Source: Candidatus Hydrogenedentota bacterium (GTDB lineage: Bacteria > Hydrogenedentota > Hydrogenedentia > Hydrogenedentales > JAEUWI01). Taken from it: a stretch of 64,000 bases of DNA. The notes beneath the pieces are model-generated. The model saw nothing but the letters and a program-made list of their open reading frames with translations, did not search any database and had not been told where the DNA came from. Within the stretch, counting starts at the first letter, position 1. Each line of letters begins with the position of its first letter. The position numbers were made by a program, and so were the translations under genes. Positions 1 through 16,056 of the stretch are shown here, piece by piece. The stretch lies in contig JAXMOL010000003.1 of the NCBI GenBank assembly GCA_034669905.1, positions 185,613-249,612 of the forward strand, given 5' to 3'.

Positions 1-345
1 ATCCCGATGTGCTTCAGCTAGGCGTAGAGCGTCTTCTGTAGTAGTATCATTGCGAAGTAAGATGCCAGCAGAAATGAATTCGCAGTCATCATAGTTCGTT
101 CCAATCATGTTGGAAATGCTGTCACTATCGCCGCTATGGTCGCCATAGAACGGATTTACGATGAGGATGGCTTTTCCGTGTGCGTCGCGAACAGCTTCCA
201 GCGACTTTTCCAGCCCCCGAAGTGTCTCTCGAACTGGCTCAATGATAGGCACGAAGCTTTTCACCAGAGAAGGGGTGGCGCATTCGCGAATGGCAATGAG
301 TTCAAATTGTTTGCCCCGAAAGTAGGGATAGTAGCGTTGCCCCAT
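1..345 (-). CDS. sce7725 family protein, 5' part (runs off the left edge)
   Basis: Not in the ORF track. Manual translation from ATG at 345 gives MGQRYYPYFRGKQFELIAIRECATPSLVKSFVPIIEPVRETLRGLEKSLEAVRDAHGKAILIVNPFYGDH. YYPYFRGKQFEL and IVNP..GD match my recollection of this family. It starts 6 nt after the sce7726 stop. Confidence 0.85.
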   Translation of the reverse strand, partial: MGQRYYPYFRGKQFELIAIRECATPSLVKSFVPIIEPVRETLRGLEKSLEAVRDAHGKAILIVNPFYGDHSGDSDSISNMIGTNYDDCEFISAGILLRNDTTTEDALRLAEAHRD

Positions 346-351
346 GTCGTA

Positions 352-1239
352 TTAGATCCATTCTCTGGTTACGGTAAATGGGTCATTGATGGTCTTTACC
401 AAACGCGCGCGCTCGGTCTGCCGTATCGGTATTGAGAGCGCCGCTGCGTGCAAAGAAGACGGCAACTGCAATACCAGGTCGTTGTAGGGCGCGAGACTGC
501 GGCTGTACTTTAGCGTTCGAACCATCTGTCTATGTAGCGTGGTTGGGTCCAGATCCGAAAATGCACGTTTCAATACTTTGCGGCGCATTGTATTGGGGAC
601 TTCGGGGACGTCCACCTCAAGCGAATTCAAAATGGACATCGCTTCGTCAGTTCGCAGACAGTCGAGTACGGAGGAGGGGTAAATGCGATTAGGTTCTTCG
701 ATAGCTTCACGCACAGTAGATATCTGATAGCGCTTCGAAAGGCACAAGACGCCCACATCCTCCGGAGTCAACGAGAGAATTCGGTCAATGTGGCATTCAC
801 TCGCTATGACGTTCACTTCTGCGAAAACGCGCTTGTACATCTCGACTTGCTTTTCGAGCCGAACGAGTGAGTCGCGCTCAGACTTGATTTCATATGCCGT
901 CGAGGTGCCATTGAGAATTACGAGATCGGCCTTGCGTCTGCCGACACGAAACTCGCTCAGCATAGAGGCTGTTCGAAGGGAATGTCTGCCCAGAAGTATT
1001 TTTTGTGTGAGGGCGGACCGGTAGACGTACTCGTCTCGGTTTCCTGATGTCTTGAGTAAAGCAAATGCTGAGTCAAAGACATCGCCTACCGTAGCAGAAG
1101 AGTCGATGCATATTGGGAGATTAGACAACTCCGCAAGGCGTCTGAAGAGCGATGAACGGCCTGTGCGCGCCAGTTCCCGAAAAACAGTCGACGAAAACAT
1201 GCGCGTAATGGCAGCTAGGTCTGTTGCACATTTCGGCAT
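352..1239 (-). CDS. sce7726 family protein (PD-(D/E)xK-like motif)
   Basis: Motifs RDEYVYR and EFRVGRRKADLVILNGTSTAYEIKSERDSLVRL (E..D..EIK). GGAGGGG RBS precedes ATG 1239; an alternative start lies at 1254. Confidence 0.85.
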   Translation of the reverse strand: MPKCATDLAAITRMFSSTVFRELARTGRSSLFRRLAELSNLPICIDSSATVGDVFDSAFALLKTSGNRDEYVYRSALTQKILLGRHSLRTASMLSEFRVGRRKADLVILNGTSTAYEIKSERDSLVRLEKQVEMYKRVFAEVNVIASECHIDRILSLTPEDVGVLCLSKRYQISTVREAIEEPNRIYPSSVLDCLRTDEAMSILNSLEVDVPEVPNTMRRKVLKRAFSDLDPTTLHRQMVRTLKYSRSLAPYNDLVLQLPSSLHAAALSIPIRQTERARLVKTINDPFTVTREWI

Positions 1240-1479
1240 GTCCCCTCCGTTCATTATGTAAGCCTTATATTGTCGATACTGAACTTGATTCTACGTTAGA
1301 ATTGTGCTCACACGCAAGGCTGCGGGGTGGTTGTCGATATGAGTTTGGACGGGGAGTTTGACAAAAAATTCCATTCAACTTCACTGGTCGCAGGTGTTAC
1401 TGCGGTCCAGTCCCATTAAATATAGCGTCGGTGATACATTTAGAGTTCTGTGAAATAATCACTCAGAAAAGGAACATTG

Positions 1480-1686
1480 ATGGGCACTCAGTCGATAACG
1501 TTTAGAGATGATGTGGGTTCAGTGCTTAAGATAGAAGGGAGGGAGAACGGGTTCGATTTTATGACCGCCGATACAAGGGAATTGGAAGTGGAGGGAAGTG
1601 GTGTTTACGTCGGGATAGACTTTCAAGACGCTAAGGAACTCTACGAGTTTATCGGTAGGCATTTGCGAAAGGCAGAGGAAATATAG
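1480..1686 (+). CDS. small hypothetical protein (68 aa)
   Basis: AAGGA RBS before ATG 1480, protein-like composition, followed by a strong hairpin. Confidence 0.6.
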   Translation: MGTQSITFRDDVGSVLKIEGRENGFDFMTADTRELEVEGSGVYVGIDFQDAKELYEFIGRHLRKAEEI

Positions 1687-1728
1687 TTTTCGGTTGGCAT
1701 TATTTTTTGCGCGGTTCTCGTAGAGATA

Positions 1729-1757
1729 GGGCCGCCGGATATGTTTACCGGCGGCCC
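1729..1757. terminator. hairpin between convergent genes
   Basis: gggccgccgg-atatgttta-ccggcggccc. Confidence 0.55.
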
Positions 1758-1804
1758 AATTCAGTGTAGGGTGCACTCCTAAGCGTCGCGCTTGATTCGC
1801 TCGA

Positions 1805-4318
<2,514 letters not shown>

Positions 4319-4416
4319 TTATGGGTGGCCTGCCCGAAGTGGTTTCGGGCAGGCCCCGCAGATAGATGGGCTTCTTTCGCCCACCTTGCAAAGTGGGTGA
4401 TTCAGCGGTACTTCGC

Positions 4417-6636
<2,220 letters not shown>

Positions 6637-6883
6637 TTATCCGAATAACGGATGCGTAAGCAATTCATGGGCAGCGCGACAGCGCGTGGTCGGTAGCGTG
6701 GTGAATCGAACTTCGCCCCCGCGAACGATGTAAGGCACGGTATTGCTCTCCTCCCCGATTGCGTTAACTCCAGCAGGCCGCAGCACCTGGGGGCCGCGGT
6801 GTTGGAGGCACGCAGACCCATCACTTGACGTGACTCGATCCCGTGTTCGTTTTCAGCGTAGCAATTTAATTGAAATGTGTCCA

Positions 6884-6920
6884 ATCGATAATATAGATTT
6901 CACTCATAGGCTGGCTCTAT
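6884..6920. promoter_or_regulatory. OxyR binding site
   Basis: ATCG-N7-AGAT-N7-ATAG-N7-CTAT has the spacing of the ATAG-N7-CTAT-N7-ATAG-N7-CTAT consensus and lies between divergent katG and oxyR. Confidence 0.8.
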
Positions 6921-7032
6921 GTTGGGCCCGTTCCGTGCAGGAGGCTCACCGGGGCACCTCGTAGCCTGCTTTCGTAATTCTTAGACCTCCCGCCCCCGTA
7001 AAATGATTCGTTGATCACGTTGGAGCGCCAGT

Positions 7033-7974
7033 ATGACCCTGCGAGACTTGGAATACTTTGTGGCCCTGGCGGAGACCTGCCATTTCGGGCAGGCTGCGGA
7101 ACGCTGTCATGTGACCCAGCCCACGCTGAGCATGCAGATCGCGAAGCTGGAGAAGGAGTTGGGTGCGACGCTCTTCGAGCGGGACAAGCGGCGGGTGTCC
7201 TTGACAGACATGGGTCGGAAAATACTGGCCCGGGCGGGCTCGGTGCTGGATGGGATTGGCGAAATACGCGATATGGCCCGGGGGGAAACGGGTGGCTTAA
7301 CCGGGCCCCTCTATCTGGGTGTCATACCCACTATCGGGCCCTATCTCTTGCCCCACCTCCTGCCCGAGCTCAAGGCGGTCTGTCCGGAAGTGAAGCTCTA
7401 TCTGCGGGAAGAGAAGACCCACCAGTTGGTGGAGCAACTGCAACATTCCACGCTGGATGCTGCCATCCTTTCGCTGCCCATTGAGGCGACGGATTTGACT
7501 TGCTCCGTGTTCTTTCAGGAAGAGCTTGTCGCAGGCTTGCCGCGAGACCACCCCCTGGCCCGTAAGAAGCGGGTGGCCATGAAAGACCTGGCGAGCCACC
7601 CCATCTTGCTGCTGGAAGAGGGCAACTGCATGCGCGATCAGACCCTGAATCTTTGTCGAGAATCCCGGCCAGCGGACCCCGAGGGGTATCGGGCGTCGAG
7701 CATCGAATCGTTGCGTCAAATGGTGAGTGCCGGAATGGGCTGCACGTTTCTGCCCCGCCTGAGTACCGTGGGGCCTTTCGCGTCGGCCTCGCCCATCGCC
7801 ATCCGGCCGCTCCATTCTCCGACCCCTCGCCGGGACATTGCCCTGGTCTACCGCAAGACGTACCCTAAGGCCGCGAGTCTGGAAGAACTTGCCGCCGCTC
7901 TGAAACGGCGGATGGAGCAGAGTCTCCTGCAGGTTTGTGAACTGAACGCGGGTGAGGGGACGGACCGCGGCTGA
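7033..7974 (+). CDS. oxyR: hydrogen peroxide-inducible LysR regulator OxyR
   Basis: LysR HTH (HFGQAAERCHVTQPTLS). LLLEEGNCMRDQTLNLC carries both redox cysteines. Divergent from katG. Confidence 0.93.
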   Translation: MTLRDLEYFVALAETCHFGQAAERCHVTQPTLSMQIAKLEKELGATLFERDKRRVSLTDMGRKILARAGSVLDGIGEIRDMARGETGGLTGPLYLGVIPTIGPYLLPHLLPELKAVCPEVKLYLREEKTHQLVEQLQHSTLDAAILSLPIEATDLTCSVFFQEELVAGLPRDHPLARKKRVAMKDLASHPILLLEEGNCMRDQTLNLCRESRPADPEGYRASSIESLRQMVSAGMGCTFLPRLSTVGPFASASPIAIRPLHSPTPRRDIALVYRKTYPKAASLEELAAALKRRMEQSLLQVCELNAGEGTDRG

Positions 7975-7995
7975 CAGAAACGATGGGCTGAAGCC

Positions 7996-8032
7996 AAAAA
8001 AAATGGGAAGCAAGGTGAGAACCCTGCTTCCC
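7996..8032 (-). terminator. intrinsic terminator of the PEP-CTERM gene
   Basis: A-tract followed by a gggaagca...tgcttccc hairpin. Confidence 0.65.
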
Positions 8033-8063
8033 GCGAGATAGTCTTCCTCTCAGGACGATACTT

Positions 8064-8687
8064 TTACGCGCTCATCTTCTTTCGTGCCCGGAAAGCCATG
8101 CCCGCGATACCCAGGCACAGGAGCGTCATGCTGGCAGGCTCGGGTATGGGCGCGGAGGAGGTGTCAAACCGAAGATCGTCAATGAGGTATCCATCGCCGG
8201 CGATGGAAGTCATTTGCCTGATTTGTACGTGACTGATGCCCGCTAAGTTAACCGCAAGCAAATCAGCGAATCCGGTCCCGTCGACTCCCGGCCTGACCAG
8301 GGAATCGGAGCCTAAGGAAATTCCGCCACTATCAAAGGCTTCGAGAATCAGTCCATTGAATCCGATGTCGAGGCCCAGTAGAGAAACATTCGAAACCGGC
8401 GCGACAAACCAGATGTCAATCAAGCTGGTAAAGCCTGGCTGACCACCCAACGCGTTTACCCCGGATTGCCCCGCAAGCCCGAACTGGAAGATTTCGGGAG
8501 CGCTGCTGACAGAATCAAAAAGGGCCACGCCGACGGAGGCGAATTGGGTGCTGATGGCCGTGCCGGCTGCGATCGCCCCACCACCGGGAAGTGTCTCAAA
8601 ATCGATCAAGACTGCATTCGCCGTTTGACTTGAACCGAGGGCTAGTACGGCGACTGCCATCGATACGATTAGATGCTTCTTCTTCAT
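8064..8687 (-). CDS. PEP-CTERM sorting domain protein
   Basis: Signal peptide; C-terminus IPEPASMTLLCLGIAGMAFRARKK. Confidence 0.92.
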   Translation of the reverse strand: MKKKHLIVSMAVAVLALGSSQTANAVLIDFETLPGGGAIAAGTAISTQFASVGVALFDSVSSAPEIFQFGLAGQSGVNALGGQPGFTSLIDIWFVAPVSNVSLLGLDIGFNGLILEAFDSGGISLGSDSLVRPGVDGTGFADLLAVNLAGISHVQIRQMTSIAGDGYLIDDLRFDTSSAPIPEPASMTLLCLGIAGMAFRARKKMSA

Positions 8688-8906
8688 TTTGTTCCCTTTC
8701 CTAACTCGTTCAACTGTCCAGGTTTGTGGCGTATCGGCGACACGGTCGTTGATACGTCAGTTGTGCCCCACTCTTATCAGGGAAATCCTGTCAGAAGGAG
8801 GGAATGGGCGGTATTGAAACCAATCCGCTAGCCGCGCGCCCACGTTATCCTGGTACAACGCGCCCCGAGAATCGACTTGTCCTGTTCCACAACCGACCAT
8901 CCCTTC

Positions 8907-8921
8907 GCAAGTTTCAGGCCA
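8907..8921 (-). promoter_or_regulatory. candidate sigma54 promoter for the PEP-CTERM gene
   Basis: Minus strand TGGCCTGAAACTTGC (GG-N10-GC), about 220 nt upstream of the start. Confidence 0.45.
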
Positions 8922-9218
8922 TACGGCCTATGTGCTAAGCGTTGCCCCATGAATGTCGTTGGCAAGTGGTCTTCGCACAACAAGTTAAGGCATTTATCGC
9001 CGCATTGGGCCGCTTGATGGGAAATGACGTGGCGCGGGCAATTCACCGGTAAGCTGTGGGAGAGAACGGCATTTATACGTCACTACTGACCAAACATTGC
9101 AGACTCCCTGGTCGAATGAACCAAGCCGGACTTTAACGTCGGAGCTGACGGTTCGTTTTCATTCGTACGGAAACTGGATATTCCCCAACCTCACTCTTCC
9201 ATTCATCGGCTATTGTGC

Positions 9219-9884
9219 TCACGGGTACTGTTCCGCGATGGTCTTGTTTTTCATCCGGTGACGACGAATGAAGTACCAATAGCACCCACGAAGCTGCCAG
9301 AGCGGCAAGGACTTTACATGGTGTATCTGGCGTTGGATGGATTCGACGATCAGTACATCGGTCGTTTCCCACCGGTCCGCGATGGCGACGTTTTTCTTCT
9401 GATTAAGATGAATAAGCGCCGCCTCATGCTGTTGAAAGAGCCTGTCTAAGTCGGTCATGCCCCCAAAGGCCTGCACGAAGTGTCCGGGTGCCGGAGGAAA
9501 GAGCACCGAATCGATGGTGTTGCTGGTGGTCAGGCCACGGTCTTTGTCGAGGAGGGTGACAAACTCGCTGACCATCGTGTTGTTCACGGAATAGCTGGAA
9601 AGAAAGGTTTTCTTGTAGTCATTTTTCCACACGGCCATGGTAATGGGGCCGGCACCGACCGCGCCGTGAAAGTCAGCCAGGAGGTCAGGGCGAAAGTCGT
9701 TGTCTTCCGCCCAGCGCGCACGGGTGGCGTAGTCGGCGCCGTTAACCAGCACGGACTCCCCATGCTGAATCACCTCCAGCAGCTCCGAGGCGTTCTCCAA
9801 TTTTCGGATGGACAGTACCACGACCACATTGATAGCCGCACCGATGAAAACGAAGAAGAGTATCGCGTAGCTAATCATGGCCAC
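9219..9884 (-). CDS. membrane-anchored hypothetical protein (paralog A)
   Basis: N-terminal TM helix; full-length similarity to the adjacent gene. Confidence 0.85.
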   Translation of the reverse strand: MAMISYAILFFVFIGAAINVVVVLSIRKLENASELLEVIQHGESVLVNGADYATRARWAEDNDFRPDLLADFHGAVGAGPITMAVWKNDYKKTFLSSYSVNNTMVSEFVTLLDKDRGLTTSNTIDSVLFPPAPGHFVQAFGGMTDLDRLFQQHEAALIHLNQKKNVAIADRWETTDVLIVESIQRQIHHVKSLPLWQLRGCYWYFIRRHRMKNKTIAEQYP

Positions 9885-9936
9885 TTTCCTTACAGGACAA
9901 GGCTGCGGGCGTAACGACCTGCTGTCGGACGGGGAT

Positions 9937-10629
9937 TCACGGATACAACTCAGCGATAGACTTGTTGTTCATCCGGGGTCGCCGGAAGAAGTACCAATAG
10001 GCCCCTTTGTGTTTCCAGAGGGGGATGGACTGAATGTGTTCCATCGTGCGATGGACGGAGTCGGTGACGAGATCTATCGTCGATTTGCGGTGATCCTGTA
10101 CTTCCAGGCCCTTGGCGTTGCGCAGGTGGAGGAGGCCCGCTTCGTGGTTTCGGAAGAGGGTGTCGAGGTCGGCGTCGCCAAATACCTGTACATAGTGGCC
10201 GGGTCTCTGGGGGAACAGGGCGGAATCAACGCTGTTGCTGGTCGTTAAACCGCTTTCCTGGCTCAATGTGGTGACAAACTCACTGTGTACCTTGTCATTC
10301 GTGGTGTAGCTGGCGAGCCAGGAGTGGGTGTTGGGGTTTCTCCACAGGGCGACCACCATGGTTGAGCCGTCCGCCGTGGCGTTCACGTCGGCCAGAAGGT
10401 CGGGTTCGAAACCGTGGGCCGTCGCCCAGGCCATACGGCTGGCGTAGTCCGCCCCCTCCGCGATGACCGCCGTGCCATTCTCGACCAACTCCAGGAAGGG
10501 GTCGGCGGCCACGATGAGTTCGATGGATTGGACCACGGCACCGTTGATGAGCCGTGCAAGCAGCAGTACAACTCCCAGAACGCCCAGGACGGCGAGTCCA
10601 ACGAGGATATAAATGATATAAGCCAGCAT
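9937..10629 (-). CDS. membrane-anchored hypothetical protein (paralog B)
   Basis: GGAGG RBS before ATG 10629. Shares GADYA.R..W, PDLLAD, GLTTSN..DS.LFP and YWYF.RR.RM.NK.IAE.YP with paralog A. Confidence 0.85.
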   Translation of the reverse strand: MLAYIIYILVGLAVLGVLGVVLLLARLINGAVVQSIELIVAADPFLELVENGTAVIAEGADYASRMAWATAHGFEPDLLADVNATADGSTMVVALWRNPNTHSWLASYTTNDKVHSEFVTTLSQESGLTTSNSVDSALFPQRPGHYVQVFGDADLDTLFRNHEAGLLHLRNAKGLEVQDHRKSTIDLVTDSVHRTMEHIQSIPLWKHKGAYWYFFRRPRMNNKSIAELYP

Positions 10630-10739
10630 GAAAGAATTACCTCCCGTAGGGTGTGGCATCGAATCCGAAAGGATACCTGTTACAGCGCACCACGCTACCA
10701 AAGCAGTAGCACGAGGGTCAACCGGGTGGCGTTTCGATT

Positions 10740-11084
10740 CTACGCGCGAAAGGCCACCGTGAAGTCATCGTCCTGAACGGTACACATCAAGCGGGGATGG
10801 CACTTGTAGTGCTGCCAGAGCGTGCCGACCGCCTGCTCCCCGTGAAGAAAGCAGCGCCCGAGATACATGCCCTCTTTGGGGTGGGTCGTAAACTTTACAA
10901 AATAACAGTCGTCTCGTTCGGACAGCTCGTAGAGTGCTCCGGCAAGAAATTCGACGTCGGTCGCAACGAAGCACAGTTTCTTGTTGGAGTACTCCCCGCC
11001 TTCACGCCGCCCCTTTCCGTGGCGAAACAAGAAGACACCATTGGGCGTGGGGGTAAATTCGGGAAACGTGGTCGTGGATTCCAT
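10740..11084 (-). CDS. hypothetical protein (114 aa)
   Basis: AAAGG RBS, fills the gap, protein-like composition. Confidence 0.7.
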   Translation of the reverse strand: MESTTTFPEFTPTPNGVFLFRHGKGRREGGEYSNKKLCFVATDVEFLAGALYELSERDDCYFVKFTTHPKEGMYLGRCFLHGEQAVGTLWQHYKCHPRLMCTVQDDDFTVAFRA

Positions 11085-11238
11085 GGTCTACCTTTCGGTG
11101 TGAGCCCCCCAGGTCCGCTCCCTTCAGTGTATCAAAATGGTTCCCACAACCGATTGTCATACGATGGGGTGGAGGTTGTAGACTAGGGGAGAGGCCGAAA
11201 TGGGTCGTTCGGCGTGAATTCAGGAGCAGTATGTTTTT

Positions 11239-14200
11239 ATGAAGTGCTTACACTTGCGTACGTTGAAGTCCCGATGTCTGCCTGCCTTGGTACTTTCCAT
11301 ATCGACACTGGTTGGCGCGCCGTTGGTCTGGGGTCAGGCGGAAGACGTGCCTACCTACAATCAGGACATTCGCCCCATTCTCTCGAAGAATTGTTTCACC
11401 TGCCACGGTCCCGATTCGGCGGCGCGCAAAGCCGAGTTGCGTCTCGACGTGCGGGAAGAGGCGGTGGCGGCCGAAGCTATCGTGCCGGGAGACGCCATGG
11501 CCAGCGCCCTGGTGGCCCGCATATTGGCGGATGATCCCGATGATGTCATGCCACCGCCTGCGACGAAGCTGTCGCTCACGGAGAAACAAAAGGCGACGCT
11601 GCAACGTTGGATCGATGCCGGTGCGCCCTATGAAAAACACTGGGCCTTTATTCCGCCCGAAGCGCCGGAGATTCCCGCGCTTTCGGACGTCCCTTCGCCG
11701 ATTGACGCCCTGGTGCGCGACCGGCTGGCTCGACTGGGCCTGAGTCCCAACGCCGAAGCCTCCAAAGAGACCCTCATCCGCCGGGTGGCCTTCGACCTTA
11801 CCGGACTTCCCCCGACCCTGGAAGAGATTGATGGGTTCCTGGCGGATGCCTCGCCGAATGCGTACGCGGCCATGGTGGAACGCTACCTGGCGCGTCCAGC
11901 CTATGGCGAACACATGGCGGGACTCTGGCTCGATGTGGCGCGCTATGCGGATACCTACGGCTACCAGAACGACCGGGAAAGCAATCTGTGGCCCTGGCGC
12001 GATTGGGTTATTGATGCCTTCAACGCCAACATGCCCTATGACCAATTTGTCACCGAGCAGGTGGCGGGGGACCTGTTGCCCGGCGCGACCCAGTCGCAGC
12101 GACTTGCCACGGCCTTTAACCGGCTGCACCGTCAGACCAACGAAGGGGGCAGTATCGATGAAGAGTTTCGGGTGGCCTATGTGGCCGACCGCTCGGAAAC
12201 CTTCAGCACCGCCTTCCTGGGTTTGACGATGAGTTGCGCCCGGTGCCACGACCACAAGTTTGACCCCCTGTCGCAAAAGAACTACTTCCAGCTCTTCGCC
12301 TTTTTCGATAGCATCGATGAGTCGGGAATGTACTCCCACTTTACCAACGCCGTGCCCTCGCCGAGCATGTTCCTCTATCGCAACGACGAGGAGGAACGGC
12401 ACAAGGCTCTGCGGGCCGCGATCCTGGAAGCAGACGAAGCCTTGGAACAGACGGAGACGGCCGCCGCCGACCGTTTTGCCGCATGGCGTGATGACGGCGA
12501 GCGGGCCATACCGGTGCCCACGCCCGTCGTTTCCCTTTCCTTCGAGGCCATCGAGGAAGGCAAGACCCCCGATGAGACCGCCGAGCGGAGCGCTACCTTG
12601 ACCCGCAGTCCCGCACAGGTGACCGGACCCGTGGGACAGGCCCTGCAGTTTGATGGGGATGATGGGGTGTCGCTGCAAGACAAGGCAGCGGGATTTGACC
12701 GGTATCAACCCGTTTCCTTTGGTATCTGGGTGCGCAGTCCCAAGCAAGCGCCCCGTCAGGTACTGTTCCATCGCAGCAAGGCCGCCGAAGATGCCGCCAG
12801 CCGAGGCTATGAACTCTTGCTGTTGGAGGGGAAGCCCACCTTCAGCCTGTGCCACTTCTGGCCGGGCAATGCCATTCGCGTGCAGGCCACCGAGTCCCTG
12901 CCACTGGATACGTGGACCCATCTCGCGGTGACCTACGATGGTAGTTCCCATGCCGACGGAGTAACCCTTTATGTGAACGGGAAGGTGGTCTCGACGGAAG
13001 TCGTTCGGGATGGTCTGACGAAGACGATCCTCTACGAAGGCGAAGAAGATACCCCGGTCCAGTTGGCCATGCGTTTTCGGGACAACGGGTTCAAGGGGGG
13101 GCGTCTCGACGAGTTTGTTATCTATGACCGCTGCCTCACGTCTCTCGAAGTCGCCTCCGTGGCGGGGCAGGGCAACCTGGTCGCCGCAGTGGAGCAGCGT
13201 ATTGCGACGGGTGAAGATGATGGGGCGCTGCGGGATTACTATGCCCGCGTGGTAGACGAACCCCTCCAGGCCGCTCATGCCGGGCTGACGAAGGCGCGGG
13301 AGGAGGAGGCGAAGTTTGCCGGGTCCCTTCAGAGCGTCATGGTCATGGAGGAAATGGAAGGGGGGCGGACGGCCTATCTGCTGGAGCGCGGTGAGTACAA
13401 TCACCGTGGTGCGGAAGTGGGCCCCGGGACGCCGGAAAGCATCCTGCCCATGCCCGACGATCTGCCACAGAATCGGCTGGGCCTCGCCCAGTGGTTGGTT
13501 CATCCCAAAAATCCCCTGACCGCCCGGGTCGCAGTCAACCGACTCTGGCAGCAGTGCTTTGGCCGGGGTATCGTGAAGACCCAGGAAGACTTTGGCACCC
13601 AGGGTGCCTTGCCCAGCAATCCCGCCCTCCTCGATTATCTGGCTACCCGTTTCATGGATTCAGGGTGGGATATGAAGGCCCTACTCCGGGAGATTGTGGT
13701 TTCGGATACCTATAAGCAGGCCTCGGAAACCACGCCCGAATTGCTGGAGCGGGATCCCGACAATGCGCTGCTCGCCCGTGGTCCCCGGATGCGGCTGCGC
13801 GCCGAAGAGATTCGTGACAACGCCCTGGCGAGCGCGGGGATTCTGGTGCCCCAGGTGGGCGGGCCCAGCGTAAAACCCTATCAACCCGAAGGTCTCTGGA
13901 AAGAGTCCAGTGGCCAGGTGTATACGCCGAGTGAAGGCGAGGGGCTTTATCGCCGCAGTCTCTACACCTTTATCAAACGGACCGTGCCGCCGCCCTCCAT
14001 GTTGAACTTTAATGCCACCAGCCGGGAAGTGTGCCTGGTGCGACGCGAATCCACCGTCACGCCCCTGCAGGCCCTGGTGCTCTTGAACGACCCACAATAT
14101 GTGGAGGCGGCCCGCATGCTCGCAGCCTCCACGCTACCCGAAGGCGATGGGGGAGATGAAGCTTGGGTCACCACCATGTTCCGCCGACTTACGGGACGGA

Positions 14201-14406
14201 ATCCCGATGGCGCGGAGAAAGAAATCTTGCAGGGTGCCCTGCAGGCCCAGCGCGAAGAATTCGCGCGTGACCCCGAAGGGGCGACCGCCTACCTGAGCAT
14301 CGGTGCGCAGCCCATTCCAGAGGGTGTCGATGCGCCCCAACTGGCCGCGGGCACGGCACTGGCCCAGGCCATCATGAACTTTGAGGAGTTTCAGGTAAAA
14401 CAATGA
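11239..14406 (+). CDS. planctomycete cytochrome c / DUF1549 / DUF1553 (PSD1) protein with LamG-like insert
   Basis: Signal peptide, CFTCH and [11 protein letters not shown] haem motifs, [23 protein letters not shown]; central [15 protein letters not shown] LamG-like segment. Confidence 0.92.
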   Translation: MKCLHLRTLKSRCLPALVLSISTLVGAPLVWGQAEDVPTYNQDIRPILSKNCFTCHGPDSAARKAELRLDVREEAVAAEAIVPGDAMASALVARILADDPDDVMPPPATKLSLTEKQKATLQRWIDAGAPYEKHWAFIPPEAPEIPALSDVPSPIDALVRDRLARLGLSPNAEASKETLIRRVAFDLTGLPPTLEEIDGFLADASPNAYAAMVERYLARPAYGEHMAGLWLDVARYADTYGYQNDRESNLWPWRDWVIDAFNANMPYDQFVTEQVAGDLLPGATQSQRLATAFNRLHRQTNEGGSIDEEFRVAYVADRSETFSTAFLGLTMSCARCHDHKFDPLSQKNYFQLFAFFDSIDESGMYSHFTNAVPSPSMFLYRNDEEERHKALRAAILEADEALEQTETAAADRFAAWRDDGERAIPVPTPVVSLSFEAIEEGKTPDETAERSATLTRSPAQVTGPVGQALQFDGDDGVSLQDKAAGFDRYQPVSFGIWVRSPKQAPRQVLFHRSKAAEDAASRGYELLLLEGKPTFSLCHFWPGNAIRVQATESLPLDTWTHLAVTYDGSSHADGVTLYVNGKVVSTEVVRDGLTKTILYEGEEDTPVQLAMRFRDNGFKGGRLDEFVIYDRCLTSLEVASVAGQGNLVAAVEQRIATGEDDGALRDYYARVVDEPLQAAHAGLTKAREEEAKFAGSLQSVMVMEEMEGGRTAYLLERGEYNHRGAEVGPGTPESILPMPDDLPQNRLGLAQWLVHPKNPLTARVAVNRLWQQCFGRGIVKTQEDFGTQGALPSNPALLDYLATRFMDSGWDMKALLREIVVSDTYKQASETTPELLERDPDNALLARGPRMRLRAEEIRDNALASAGILVPQVGGPSVKPYQPEGLWKESSGQVYTPSEGEGLYRRSLYTFIKRTVPPPSMLNFNATSREVCLVRRESTVTPLQALVLLNDPQYVEAARMLAASTLPEGDGGDEAWVTTMFRRLTGRNPDGAEKEILQGALQAQREEFARDPEGATAYLSIGAQPIPEGVDAPQLAAGTALAQAIMNFEEFQVKQ

Positions 14407-15863
14407 GACACATCACGCCAGAATGCACCGGCTCCCTCCCCCTGTTGGGTATGACGCGCCGCGAATGTTTGTCGAAAGTGGGCATGGGCCTCGGCGCTGT
14501 CGCCCTGGGTCAATTGCTGAATCCCCAATCTGCCCACGCTGGCTCGGCGAAGGAAGCCGGGTTCGCTGCGCCTCATTTTGCGCCCAAGGCCAAGCGGGTC
14601 ATCTACCTTTTTCAGAGTGGTGGTCCCTCGCAGTTGGAGACCTTCGACTACAAGCCCACCCTCGTACAACGCAACGGCGAAGAGCTACCCGATTCGGTGC
14701 GCGGCGAGCAACGGCTTACCGGCATGTCGGCCAACCAGGCCTCCCTGCCCATGGCGGGGTCCATCTTCAATTTCGCCCAGCACGGGGAAAGTGGTGCCTG
14801 GATCAGCGAGTTGCTGCCCCACACCGCCAAGGTGGCCGACGAACTCTGTTTCATCAAGTCCATGTACACCGAGGCCATCAACCACGACCCGGCCATCACC
14901 TTTCTGCAGACCGGTTCCCAGTTATCGGGTCGTCCGAGTATCGGTTCCTGGCTGAGCTATGGGCTTGGTTCGGAAAATGAAAACCTGCCCGCCTTTGTGG
15001 TGTTGGTGACCAAAGACCAAGGCGGACAGCCCCTCTATGCCCGGCTCTGGGGTAGTGGGTTCTTGCCGGCGGACCACCAGGGCGTGCGCTTTCGCTCGGG
15101 TAAAGACGCGGTGCTCTATCTGGAAAATCCCGACGGGGTGAGCCGTGGCAGCCGCCGGAAACTGTTGGACAGTCTTCAGGCGCTCCACGAGCACAAGCAG
15201 GCCCAGCACAGCGACCCCGCCCTGGAAGCGCGCATTTCCCAGTATGAAATGGCCTTCCGCATGCAACAGTCCGTGCCGGAAGTGACCGACCTTTCCGGGG
15301 AGCCGGAGCACGTCCTCGACCTCTATGGAGAGGATGTGAAAAAGCCGGGGAGCTATGCGGCGAATTGCCTGCTGGCCCGGCGTTTGGCCGAGCAGGGCGT
15401 GCGTTTTATCCAGCTCTACCACCAGGGCTGGGACCACCACGGAAACATCCCCAGCGGCATGAAGGATATGACCCAGAAGACGGATCAGGGATCGGCGGCC
15501 TTGATTACGGACCTGAAACAGCGGGGTATGCTGGAAGACACGCTGGTCATTTGGGGCGGCGAATTCGGGCGGACGAATTATTCTCAGGGGCAGCTTACGG
15601 CGACGAACTATGGCCGCGATCACCATCCCCGGTGTTTCAGCATGTGGATGGCTGGCGGCGGCGTCAAACCGGGATTCACCTACGGCGCCACGGATGAGTT
15701 TGGCTACAACATTGCGGAGAACGGGGTACACGTCCATGACTTCCACGCGACGTTGCTGCACCTCATGGGCATCGACCACGAACGCTTGACCTACGACTTT
15801 CAGGGCCGGGCCTTTCGGTTGACGGATGTCTTTGGGAATGTGGTGGAGGATGTCTTGGCGTAG
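14403..15863 (+). CDS. DUF1501 domain protein (Tat signal)
   Basis: TRRECL Tat motif, [39 protein letters not shown] overlap with the upstream gene. Confidence 0.92.
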   Translation: MRHITPECTGSLPLLGMTRRECLSKVGMGLGAVALGQLLNPQSAHAGSAKEAGFAAPHFAPKAKRVIYLFQSGGPSQLETFDYKPTLVQRNGEELPDSVRGEQRLTGMSANQASLPMAGSIFNFAQHGESGAWISELLPHTAKVADELCFIKSMYTEAINHDPAITFLQTGSQLSGRPSIGSWLSYGLGSENENLPAFVVLVTKDQGGQPLYARLWGSGFLPADHQGVRFRSGKDAVLYLENPDGVSRGSRRKLLDSLQALHEHKQAQHSDPALEARISQYEMAFRMQQSVPEVTDLSGEPEHVLDLYGEDVKKPGSYAANCLLARRLAEQGVRFIQLYHQGWDHHGNIPSGMKDMTQKTDQGSAALITDLKQRGMLEDTLVIWGGEFGRTNYSQGQLTATNYGRDHHPRCFSMWMAGGGVKPGFTYGATDEFGYNIAENGVHVHDFHATLLHLMGIDHERLTYDFQGRAFRLTDVFGNVVEDVLA

Positions 15864-15883
15864 GGGGGGAAGAGGAGAGGGGG

Positions 15884-15915
15884 CTACCTCGGAAGACACA
15901 GAAATACACGGAAGA
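15884..15915 (+). repeat. (CACGGAA)x3 repeat, copy A
   Basis: ctacctcggaagacacagaaatacacggaaga. Confidence 0.8.
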
Positions 15916-16056
15916 GGGAAATAGGGTGGCGGGCAGTTCAAGGTGTGTCCTCGCCGAGTATCGTCATTCCCGATGCCCATTGGGAAAATGCTGTTTTTGA
16001 GGCCCAGAACAATCCGGGTGCGCAACCGTTCCTCTCTTGATAGGAAGCACTTTTCG

